Origin: Candidatus Binatia bacterium
Lineage (GTDB): Bacteria; Desulfobacterota; Binatia; HRBIN30
Assembly (NCBI GenBank): GCA_038245295.1
Contig: JBBRSP010000010.1
Location: 64,001 to 128,000 of the forward strand
Reading direction: 5' to 3'
DNA length: 64,000 bases
The number at the start of each line of letters is the position of its first letter. The first letter of the stretch is position 1. Shown one piece after another: positions 43,862 to 52,689 of the stretch. The translations under genes were made by a program, and so were the position numbers. The notes below the pieces were generated by a model. The model worked only from the letters and a program-made list of their open reading frames with translations, searched no databases and was not told where the DNA came from.

Positions 43862-44515
43862 TCAGCGTCCCCGAGCGTCGGATTCGTAGCGCGGACTGCG
43901 CGGCCCAAACAGCAAGCCGTTGTTCTCGTTTGAGACCGTGCCAGCCGTTGCCGCACGAGAAGCCTCGTGGGTTGGATCTGACATGGACGAAGCGATTTGA
44001 TGAACGAGAGCGGCGACCAGCATCCCGATGATTCCACCTCCCCCGCCGGAGCCCTGCCTCAAGTGCTCCGTCCCGGTCCACAGCGTCGTCCCGGTGGCGA
44101 CGTCAACGAGGCGAGCGCTCGCCTGGATGACGGTCGTGGAGGAGAGGACATAATACTTTTGCCCCCAGTCCTCGATGGTGACGTACAGAACGGCATCGGC
44201 GCCAATGACTTCCCTGATCTTGCTGAGCGAGACGTTGTGCATCTCGTCGGGAGTTGGCAGGCCGTTGTCTTTCATGAAGGCATCGATGACCGCGACCGGG
44301 AAAACATAGTAACCACATTCGGCCAGCGGGCGTGAGACAGTCGAAAGATACGTGTACGGCGCGTCCACCGCCGTCGATTGATTCAACGGTGGGAGCACCA
44401 AGATCGAGTGCGGCATGTGACTGCGGTACGGCCCGTAGTCCACTTTCGCCGCACAGGAGCACATAAGCGCCAGACCGCTCATGCACAGTACGAGTGCACC
44501 ACCTCGAGTCCTCAC
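43862..44515 (-). CDS. DUF799 (GNA1162-like) lipoprotein
   Basis: PHSILVLPPLN, PLAECGYYVFPV, GADAVLYVTI, GLLFGPRSP. Confidence 0.85.
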   Translation of the reverse strand: MRTRGGALVLCMSGLALMCSCAAKVDYGPYRSHMPHSILVLPPLNQSTAVDAPYTYLSTVSRPLAECGYYVFPVAVIDAFMKDNGLPTPDEMHNVSLSKIREVIGADAVLYVTIEDWGQKYYVLSSTTVIQASARLVDVATGTTLWTGTEHLRQGSGGGGGIIGMLVAALVHQIASSMSDPTHEASRAATAGTVSNENNGLLFGPRSPRYESDARGR

Positions 44516-44862
44516 TTCTGGGCCATCCTCTTCAAGAAGCCATCAAGGAGCACTGTCGACTCTGGGAACAGATGCTTCTCCGTCTCGAACTCCTGTTCGG
44601 CGCTCGCGAGGTTTCCTTGCTGGTAGTACATGTAGCCGAGATGGGCGTGCACGCCAGGCGGAACTGGCTTGCCTTCGGCATGCGCCTTGCCAATGTCTTC
44701 CGTGAGCTTGGCAATTTGCGTCTCTGGGTCAGCCGTACCCGGCTTCGCGTGCATCTCGTAGAGGAGTTCCTCATACCGCCCCCAATAGTAGATGCTTTTG
44801 CCCGCGCACCCGGTTAGCGCCGACAGTGCTGCAGCGGTGAGCGATATGCGAATGCCGCGCAC
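44512..44862 (-). CDS. DUF4810 lipoprotein
   Basis: Lipobox LTGC, YYWGRY, PPGVHAHLGYMY, EKHLFPES. Confidence 0.85.
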   Translation of the reverse strand: MRGIRISLTAAALSALTGCAGKSIYYWGRYEELLYEMHAKPGTADPETQIAKLTEDIGKAHAEGKPVPPGVHAHLGYMYYQQGNLASAEQEFETEKHLFPESTVLLDGFLKRMAQK

Positions 44863-44869
44863 CGACTTG

Positions 44870-45562
44870 TCACCCGCCCTTTGCCGGATTCCAGGCGCCC
44901 CGCTCAACACCAGCGACCAAATTGTTGACTGCCTCCATGATCGCCAGGTTTAGCACCTTACCATTCAGGGTCGCGTCGTAGCCGGCGGTTCCCCCGAACC
45001 CTATCACTTCACGATTGCTGAGCTCGTACTCTCCAGCCCCTTGCACCGAGTAGATTACTTCGGAGGTGTGCACATCAACGATGTTCAGCGCCACTTTGGC
45101 GTAAGCGACTTGCGTCTTGCCGTAGCCCAGGATGCCAAACAACTCTGTGTCACCGGTGACGCGGCGTCCGAACTCCGTCACCTCGCCGGTCACAGCAACC
45201 TGCGCACCTTTGAGATCCTGTTCTGCTCCCCGAATCTTCGCCTCCTGGGCAATCTCGCTCATGTTCTCCCTATCGACGACAACGAAGCGGCCGGTGAGTT
45301 GCAGGTGCGTCTTGAGAATCGTCTTGGCTTGATTACCCAACTGGTCGGGCCCCTCGGAAAAGATCCCTTGCATGTAGGTGGACCGGTTTTGGAACTTCGT
45401 AACCACTAGCGTGTACTTGGGACCGTTGTATGGAGTGCCGGCACTGGCGGCCGTTTCTGGCGTCAGCGTACGGTGTGCTTCGGTTGCGCAGCCGACTGCC
45501 CCTGCGAGAAGGGCCGCGCACCACACGACGACTGTTCGTAAGAACCATGGCCGATTCGGCAT
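44870..45562 (-). CDS. CsgG/HfaB-family lipoprotein
   Basis: Lipobox AVGC, KFQNRS, GRFVVVDR, GEVTEFGR, SVQGAGEY; usual partner of DUF4810 and DUF799. Confidence 0.85.
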   Translation of the reverse strand: MPNRPWFLRTVVVWCAALLAGAVGCATEAHRTLTPETAASAGTPYNGPKYTLVVTKFQNRSTYMQGIFSEGPDQLGNQAKTILKTHLQLTGRFVVVDRENMSEIAQEAKIRGAEQDLKGAQVAVTGEVTEFGRRVTGDTELFGILGYGKTQVAYAKVALNIVDVHTSEVIYSVQGAGEYELSNREVIGFGGTAGYDATLNGKVLNLAIMEAVNNLVAGVERGAWNPAKGG

Positions 45563-45756
45563 GCGGGAACCTCTCCGCTTACGTATTCGCAAAGCCACAC
45601 AATCGGACAGGTGATCCAAGGTGGTTCGCGCGAGTCCGATTGTATCTTCGTCCATGCAACAGCCGATGTTGCTGCGGGCTTGAACGAACTCTTCCTCGGC
45701 GTCACTTATCAGCATGTTGCCCGTGTATATGTTGCCACGGGAGAAGTCGAACAGCG

Positions 45757-45965
45757 TCACAGGCAGTACCGATTGTCGTGGGTGAGCTCAACAAAGCGAC
45801 TTGTCACGAACCCTTCGACGATGGCGGCGAGGTTGGCCATGAGAAGGCGAAGCTGGCTGGGGTTGTCGATGTTCCCTGTAGAGATCAGAAGCAGGCGTCG
45901 TGGCCCGCGTCACCAAGACCGTACACCAGGCGGTAGGGCAGTTGGGCGTCGACGAGGAACTTCAC
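45757..45965 (-). pseudogene. Second DUF5615 toxin copy with an internal deletion of about 140 bp
   Basis: Matches 41141-41253 and 41396-41466 with the intervening segment (including TKDADF) missing. Confidence 0.85.
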
Positions 45966-46189
45966 GCCACCACGTGATCAATGCGTTTGACCTGACTCAG
46001 ACGAGCCGCAAATTCGAGCGCCGCGAGGATTTCGTCGCGCTTGAGGTCGGCGCAGTCGGCGAGGATCTCCGCGACACTCATTCCAGAGCTGAGCAGTTCG
46101 AGTAAGACTTCGACCGGATAGTGAAGGCCGCGTATGCACGGCTTGCCATGACAAATGGAAGGGTCGATGGTAATTCGCTCGACAGCCAT
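45962..46189 (-). CDS. DUF433 antitoxin, second copy
   Basis: Nearly identical protein to 41463-41690. Confidence 0.88.
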   Translation of the reverse strand: MAVERITIDPSICHGKPCIRGLHYPVEVLLELLSSGMSVAEILADCADLKRDEILAALEFAARLSQVKRIDHVVA

Positions 46190-46321
46190 TCGGATCTCCT
46201 CTCGTTGCGTCCATAACAGGCCTGCGCTCGGCGCGCCGTCAAGGTTGAGCTACCGCATTGATAAGCGGCGGAGCGGGTCTAGTGCGATCAGGTCGCAATC
46301 GTGCCGCATGAAGGAGACTGC

Positions 46322-47326
46322 GTGAAATCCTACCGGACCGCCACATACCCCGCTGCGATGCGGCTCGCCCGCATCGTGCATGTACTGCCCAGCCGACCCC
46401 ACGGTTGGACATTTGCCGGCATCATGAACGAGTTGCGGATCTCGGAGCGCACGCTGTACCGATACAAAGAGCAGCTCAAGCGCGAGTTCGTCGACGACAA
46501 GGGTCGGCCACTCATCGAGGAGGTTCGGCGCGGTGAGCAGCGGCTGCTGCGGATGGCCGAGCATGGGCGTCCGATCGACTCGAACGCCTACGAGGTCGCC
46601 TTCCTGTACTTCGCGCTGACGGTCTTTGATTTCCTCGACGGCACCGTCCTCAAACATAGCGTCGAAGGACTCTGGGACAGGTTGGTGCGCGGCTTGCCGC
46701 AGAAGGTTCAGGCGCGGTTCACCGACTTCACGCGAAAGTTCTACGCCATACAGTATGCCCCGAAGGATTACAGAGAGTTTGATGACACCCTGGACGCCAT
46801 CGTCCAGTGCCTCATCTTCCAACACCGCATTGGCATCCAGTACGGCAGCATGTCGGGCAACTCCAAGAGCCACACGTTCGAACCGTACACGCTGACAATG
46901 TATCGCGGCGGACTCTACCTCATCGGCAAAAGCGACCGATCGTCGAAGATCCTCACCCTTGCCGTCGAACGCATCAGTTCGGCGCAGAAGCTGGCGGAGC
47001 GATTCGACTACCCGGAAGGATACACCCCCGAGAAACACACCGAGGGAACCTTCGGCATCATCGACGGAGCGAAAACAGAGGTCGAGTTGCTGATCCTGAA
47101 TCCGGAGACCGTCACCTACCTCTCCTCGCGCCAGCTCCATCCGACACAACGGTTCCGCAAGCGACCCGACGGCAAGACAGTGCTCACGATGACGGTCCGG
47201 GGCACGACGGAGCTGAAGAACTGGCTGTTCGGATTGTCGCCCTATGTGAAGGTGCTCCGCCCCGGATCGTTGCGCGACGAGATACGCGCGCTACTCGATG
47301 ATGCGCAGCGCGTTTATGAGTCTTGA
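46322..47326 (+). CDS. HTH-WYL-WCX transcriptional regulator
   Basis: HTH ELRISERTLYRY, FEPYTL..YRGGLYLIG, AVERI, VKVLRPGSLRDEI; AAGGAG RBS before the GTG. Confidence 0.9.
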   Translation: MKSYRTATYPAAMRLARIVHVLPSRPHGWTFAGIMNELRISERTLYRYKEQLKREFVDDKGRPLIEEVRRGEQRLLRMAEHGRPIDSNAYEVAFLYFALTVFDFLDGTVLKHSVEGLWDRLVRGLPQKVQARFTDFTRKFYAIQYAPKDYREFDDTLDAIVQCLIFQHRIGIQYGSMSGNSKSHTFEPYTLTMYRGGLYLIGKSDRSSKILTLAVERISSAQKLAERFDYPEGYTPEKHTEGTFGIIDGAKTEVELLILNPETVTYLSSRQLHPTQRFRKRPDGKTVLTMTVRGTTELKNWLFGLSPYVKVLRPGSLRDEIRALLDDAQRVYES

Positions 47327-47465
47327 ATCGCGCCGACCCTGCGACAACGTTTGTCTGAGGATCGTCATACAAGGTGAAGCCGAGCGTAAAAGTCCGCAAT
47401 CAGACGATAGGGGAAACGTTACTAGGGGAATTGCGTGGACAGCGTGGTAACATTAGTGTTACCAC

Positions 47466-47810
47466 GTGAACGTGGTGTCGCAGGTCGTGATCCGAGAATA
47501 CCTGCTGCCCAACGGCCGCTCGCCTTACGCTAGGTGGTTCGACGGTTTGGACGCACGTGCTGCCGCAAAGGTGTTGGTCTCGTTGACACGCCTCGAGCTT
47601 GGCAACCACTCGAATGCGAAGTCGCTTGGGAGCGGTCTCTTCGAGTTGAAGATCGATTTCGGCCCCGGCTACCGCGTCTATTTCGGGAAAGACGGGGATC
47701 GTCTGATCATCCTCCTCGGCGGCGGAACCAAGAAGCGACAGAGCGACGACATCAAGACGGCGAAGGTAATTTGGCAGGACTACAAAGAACGCAAGAAACG
47801 GGAGCCCTGA
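47466..47810 (+). CDS. RelE/HigB-like addiction-module toxin
   Basis: RLELGN, ELKIDFGPGYRVYF, LLGGGTKKRQSDDI. Confidence 0.9.
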   Translation: MNVVSQVVIREYLLPNGRSPYARWFDGLDARAAAKVLVSLTRLELGNHSNAKSLGSGLFELKIDFGPGYRVYFGKDGDRLIILLGGGTKKRQSDDIKTAKVIWQDYKERKKREP

Positions 47811-47814
47811 GAAA

Positions 47815-48138
47815 ATGCCACTCACTCGCGAGTTCAAGGAAACAGTACGCGCCCGCGCGCAACGTGACCCGGCGTTTCGCCGCGAACTGTTGCGCGAAGC
47901 GGTCGAGACGTTCATTGCCGGCGATCTCGAAACCGGCAAGGCCATTTTGCGCAACTACATCAACGCCACTGTTGGCTTCGAAGAGCTGGCCCATGCCACC
48001 AAGAAGCCGCCCAAGAGCCTGATGCGTATGCTCGCGCCGCGTGGCAATCCGAACGCCAACAACCTGTTCGCGGTGTTGGGCTACCTGCAGAACAAGGAAG
48101 GCATCCACTTCGACGTACGGGCGCAGCGAGCGGCGTAA
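47815..48138 (+). CDS. Addiction-module antitoxin (HTH)
   Basis: MPLTREFKETV...KSLMRMLAPRGNP..NLFAV. Confidence 0.88.
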   Translation: MPLTREFKETVRARAQRDPAFRRELLREAVETFIAGDLETGKAILRNYINATVGFEELAHATKKPPKSLMRMLAPRGNPNANNLFAVLGYLQNKEGIHFDVRAQRAA

Positions 48139-48194
48139 GAACCAGACGCAGCAGTGGATTGCCTTCGTAAGAGCTCGCATCGATCATTACTGCA

Positions 48195-49147
48195 TCACTC
48201 GTCCCGGTCTGCGCTACGTGAGCTGGCGCTGACCGCACAAAACCTCCCGTTGTCCAACTTCTGCTCGCCGTGCCATCGGTAGGCGCAGAGAGAGCCGCCT
48301 TTGGCGACGCTGTAGTCCAGGCACGCCACATTGTCGGAGAGAATCTCCGGTTGTTCTCCCGATAGCCAGTAGTGGCCGACGAAGACGGGTTTGGCGCTGG
48401 TTGGGTATGGGGTTGCCGCGGCAATGACCGCTGGCTCTAGGTCCAGGTCGCAGGTGACTTCGTCGCTCTGGAGGGCATAGCTTCGGTAGGTATGCCCATC
48501 CGGGGTTAGGTACCAGCGGGTGCGGATCTCGCGTCGATCCGTACCGTCCTTGTCGGTGAAGAAAGCGTCGTCGGGTAGCTTCGCTTCCCTCCCCTTGAGA
48601 ACAGCCTCGACCGGGGCAAACAATGGCTGTCCCTCCCCGTAAGCTGACTGCAAGAAGCTTGTCGTGATGCCGCCATGGTCCTGCCTGGCGGTGGCGATGA
48701 TCGCCATCTCCCGATCGTGTCCCAGCAAGCGTGAACGACCCGCAGGCCATCAAGGTCCAGCCAGAGCGGCAAGGCCCTGAACCAATCGAGGTAGGACGCG
48801 CGGTCAGCTTCCTTCAACTGGTCGAGGGTCTGTTGGTGCTGTTTCTTGTTCTTCGGGCTGTGCGGGCGTAGGAATTCGCCCGGGTTTGCCGGGTCTGTGG
48901 TGTGATACGCGAGGGCGTTCAATTCGTGGTTGCCCATGACGGCCAAAGCCGTCTCCTGCTCGACCATCGGCCGCACGATGTCGAGCACCTCGCGAATCTT
49001 TGGACCACGGTCGATGAAATCGCCGAGGAAGATTACCTTTCGCTCGGGGTGCGCGTAAACGCCATGGTCCTGCCGATAGCCAAGCTTCTTCAGCAGCTGC
49101 AGCAGTTCATCGGCATAGCCGTGGATGTCACCGATCAGGTCGTACAT
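48195..49147 (-). pseudogene. Metallophosphoesterase (ApaH/PPP-like), frameshifted near 48718
   Basis: GDIHG, GDFIDRGP, MGNHE and VHACW in one frame; PVFVGHYW and CLDYSVAKGG in another. Confidence 0.85.
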
Positions 49148-49435
49148 GGGCGTCTCCTGTGTGCAGCATGTCTCAACCGGTCTGACACCGATAAGACTTC
49201 GGGTGGAATTTGGAACATATCGTCCTTTCGTTCTAGTTTCAGCGCGCCTGCTCCGCGGCTCAGTGCGCGGTCAGCGACAGAGGTGAGTCCTTTCTGCGTC
49301 CTGCTGCCAGACCAATAAGTAAGGCTTGCGATTGACAACCGTTGACGGCGGCACTGCACGTCCCTGGCCTCGAAAGCCGAGCCGTTGCTCGTGACAACCA
49401 GGAGTGAGGCAATCAAGATGAGGTGAGCGATTTCC

Positions 49436-50218
49436 TCATCGCGTCGGTTGTTGCGGATACCGGCCCCGGAAGTGACACACCACGTCGCGCAACGGGTCGT
49501 CCAGGCGGGCGAGCGTCTCGCGTTCGATCTCCGCCGGCACGCCGCCGTAAAACGCCTCCGCCACTGATCCGGTGATGCAGGTCAGCGTGTCGCTATCGCC
49601 GCCCAGGGAGATGCCCAGGCGGATGGCGTCCTCGAAGTCCGTCGACTCGAGAAAAGCCGTCAGTGCCTCGGGCACCGTCTTCTGGCAAGTCTCGTTGAAC
49701 TTGTAGTCCGGACGGATCTCGTCGCAAGAGCGTGACAGATCGTAGCCGGCGTAGTCGATGATCCAGGCGCAGATCTCCGCCTTGCCGGCGCCATGGCGGC
49801 CCATCCAGATCGACCCCGCGACGGCCTGGGCGCCTTTGATGCCTTCCGGATGATCGTGAGTCACCGCAGTGTAGGCGCGCGCCTGCTGCAGCGTGTCGTC
49901 AAGCGTCGCATAGGCCCAGCCAACCGGGCTCACCCGCATCGCCGCTCCGTTGCCGAAGCTGCGATACGGTCCCATGGATGAATCGCCCAGCCAGCGCCGG
50001 AACATCCCGCCGTAACCGGCATCGGGGTAACGGCGCCCGTAGCGGCGCATCAACGCCGCATAGTCTCCCTGTTCGAGAATCGCCTCGGCCAGTGCGATCG
50101 TCAGGACGCTGTCGTCGGTGAAGAAGCTGCGGTCCGTGAACAGCGGAAAATCCTTGGAACAGTGATTGTCCCACTCGTACACAGAACCAACGATGTCGCC
50201 GACTAGAGCTCCCAGCAT
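49436..50218 (-). CDS. ADP-ribosylglycohydrolase (DraG/ARH family)
   Basis: MLGALVGDIVGS, FTDDSVLT, SFGNGAAMRVSP, VTHDHPEG, GGDSDT. Confidence 0.93.
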   Translation of the reverse strand: MLGALVGDIVGSVYEWDNHCSKDFPLFTDRSFFTDDSVLTIALAEAILEQGDYAALMRRYGRRYPDAGYGGMFRRWLGDSSMGPYRSFGNGAAMRVSPVGWAYATLDDTLQQARAYTAVTHDHPEGIKGAQAVAGSIWMGRHGAGKAEICAWIIDYAGYDLSRSCDEIRPDYKFNETCQKTVPEALTAFLESTDFEDAIRLGISLGGDSDTLTCITGSVAEAFYGGVPAEIERETLARLDDPLRDVVCHFRGRYPQQPTR

Positions 50219-50314
50219 CGGAGAAACGATATCATACTCGGGTACTTTGGTGTCGATCTCCCCGCGGCCCGATGGACTATCATCACGAGGCCAACCAGGC
50301 GTACTGTTTTGATC

Positions 50315-51262
50315 ATGTGGAACGCAATTGACTGGGCAAAGGCCTTCAAGAAGGCCTCTTCCCGCGGAGATAAGGAATCGCTGCACGCTCTCCGCCGCGA
50401 CGTGTGGTTGAGCACGGTGGAGGTCGCACGGGCTCGAACATATAATGTCGGGACTGAACGCATCGATCTTGACCTCGACGGCAGTTACCAGAAGATGCAG
50501 AGCGGAACGGTCTTCCATCCCGGGACGGAAGGCCTGACGGTTCAAGATCAACTGCGCGGTCGACACCGGACCGTCGTTTCGGTCCACGACGCCGACTGCC
50601 TCGAGATCGCCCGCGCCATCGCCGCACCCGGGAAAGTCCCCGCCGTTCTCAACATGGCTAGCCGACGCAATCCTGGCGGTGGCGTTGCTGAGGGATCAGG
50701 AGCGCAAGAAGAGAGTCTTTTCCGCCGCTCGACTGCCTTCGCTTCCCTATACCAATTCGTGGACTATGGCGGCGACTATGATGTGCCGCGCCACCCGACT
50801 GTCAGCTATCCCATCCCGCGGGAGTCGGGCGGCATCTTCTCGCCTGGTATCCTCGTCTTCCGTTCAGGCGGCACGACTGGCTACGCGTTCCTCCGGCATC
50901 CGTATCGAGTCAATCTGCTCACCGTGCCCGCCATCAGTAAGCCGGTTCTCGTCGAGCGCGACGGCAGATTGTGGCTGACGGATGAGATCGCACGCGCCAG
51001 TCAGGTGAAGATTCGCGCCATCCTACGAATTGCCGCGCACCAAGGGCAAACGGAACTTGTCTTGAGCGCCTTCGGCTGCGGCGCCTTCCGCAACCCGCCG
51101 CAGCACATGGCGGAGCTAATCCGCGCAGTGCTCGTCGAGCCGGAGTTCGCGGGCGTGTTCGGGCACATCGCCTTTGCGATCATCGACGACCACAATGCCG
51201 CGCACGCCGCGAGCCCGGAGGGCAACTACCTGCCATTCGAACGTGTCTTGGCGGGAGTATAG
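50315..51262 (+). CDS. TIGR02452/DUF2263 bacterial-type poly(ADP-ribose) glycohydrolase (macrodomain)
   Basis: LNMASRRNPGGGVAEGSGAQEESLFRRS signature, LSAFGCGAFRNPP. Confidence 0.9.
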   Translation: MWNAIDWAKAFKKASSRGDKESLHALRRDVWLSTVEVARARTYNVGTERIDLDLDGSYQKMQSGTVFHPGTEGLTVQDQLRGRHRTVVSVHDADCLEIARAIAAPGKVPAVLNMASRRNPGGGVAEGSGAQEESLFRRSTAFASLYQFVDYGGDYDVPRHPTVSYPIPRESGGIFSPGILVFRSGGTTGYAFLRHPYRVNLLTVPAISKPVLVERDGRLWLTDEIARASQVKIRAILRIAAHQGQTELVLSAFGCGAFRNPPQHMAELIRAVLVEPEFAGVFGHIAFAIIDDHNAAHAASPEGNYLPFERVLAGV

Positions 51263-51681
51263 CTGGGATCGCTCTCCGGCTCGTCCGGCTGGAGACCAAT
51301 GATTGTAGTCTGCATCATCGCGGCCTCAAACGTCGCGCCGCTGGCCGAACAGACCAATTCCTCATCGCGGTACTTGAAGGTCTCCCACACGCCGGTGTCC
51401 TTCCGCACGGAGACACGCAGACAGTACGGACTCTCTTCGTTCGGGTAGTAACACATCTCGCGCAGTTCCTCGTCCTCCTCGTAGGTTCTGAAATCGAACC
51501 AGTAGCAGGCTGCCACAAGATACGGCTGCGCCGCCTCGTCCGACGGGCGCCGGCCGGTGAATACGATGTTCAGCGGAAAGCCTGCGAGATAGGCGTAACG
51601 CAGGTTCCACTCTGCCTCGATCTGCCGCGGGATGTTGGCAAGGAACAATGGCGGTGTTGGTTTGCCTTCCAGATTGCTCAC
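51226..51681 (-). CDS. Hypothetical protein
   Basis: GGAGGAG RBS before the GTG; 151 aa, acidic and aromatic; 3' end overlaps the PARG 3' end. Confidence 0.5.
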   Translation of the reverse strand: MSNLEGKPTPPLFLANIPRQIEAEWNLRYAYLAGFPLNIVFTGRRPSDEAAQPYLVAACYWFDFRTYEEDEELREMCYYPNEESPYCLRVSVRKDTGVWETFKYRDEELVCSASGATFEAAMMQTTIIGLQPDEPESDPSYTPAKTRSNGR

Positions 51682-52362
51682 GTTGTCTCCTCCGTTCGTT
51701 GCGGGGAGAACTTCGCAGGGCACCGCCGCCAAGATGCGATAATTGGATGGAGGGATGACGCGATCGCGGGGTCGCTCCGACCCACAGCTCCAGACGCAAC
51801 AAAGCCCGCGCTCCAAACATCAGGAGACACGGGCTGCCGCGTCGGACACTTGATTGTCTCGTCTGAGCAGCAGCTCATCGAGACCGCATCCCCGCCACTT
51901 GGCGAGAGGCACCTTGGGATGTCCGCCCCAGGTTGCCGAGCCCGGCCTGCGCCGAGCCACTCCTGATGTCGGTGCAAAGGTAACACCGAGGCGACAAAGG
52001 GGAAGTCCTCGCACCTCAACAATCGACGAAACGAACTGCCGGTAACAATAACAAGGCTTCGGCTTGGCGGCCGCCGCCGAACGCAACATGCAGCGACATC
52101 CGCTCAGCGGCGACGCGACGCTGCGCCTGACGGCCGGCTTGTACTCCCCCGCGGCCGCTGGTAGCGGGACGCGGGTACGATCCGCACGTGCGGCAGGAAT
52201 ATACGAGCCTTGGGGGGGAGCGAAGCTTGTGAAAGTCCCTGCAAATTCCCCCTGATGATCATGACGCTCGCGTCGGGCGACGATGACATCCTGTTTTGAT
52301 CACAGCGGCCCCCGCTCCACCGCGAAGGCGCGGCGGGCGGGCGCGCGGGAGAAGGAGGATAC

Positions 52363-52689
52363 ATGTTTCGACAAGGCGACGTTCTAATCATTCCGGTGGC
52401 GAGCCTCCCAACCGGACTCACAGAGGAAACCCGCGACGCGCAAGGGCGCATTGTCCTCGCGCATGGCGAGGTTACGGGCCATTGCCACGCCATCCACGAG
52501 AAGCATGTCAGGCTGTTCCGTGCAGCCGATGACGGCGCAATGGCGCCGGATCGTTACCTGGAGATCCTCGGCGCACCGGCTGTGCTGCGGCACGAAGAAC
52601 ACACCCATCATACGATTGAGGCGGGAAAGTACCGCGTGGTGATCCAGAGGGAGTACTCGCCGGAAGGCTTGAGAAATGTCGAAGATTGA
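52363..52689 (+). CDS. Conserved His-rich small protein, usual upstream partner of DUF6745
   Basis: RQGDV, LAHGEVTGHCH, HEEH, YRVVIQREY; strong RBS. Confidence 0.8.
   Translation: MFRQGDVLIIPVASLPTGLTEETRDAQGRIVLAHGEVTGHCHAIHEKHVRLFRAADDGAMAPDRYLEILGAPAVLRHEEHTHHTIEAGKYRVVIQREYSPEGLRNVED

Noticed and set aside
45563..45760. N-terminal extension of the CsgG ORF
   Set aside because: The lipoprotein signal starts at 45562; the extension is probably debris of another gene that happens to be in frame
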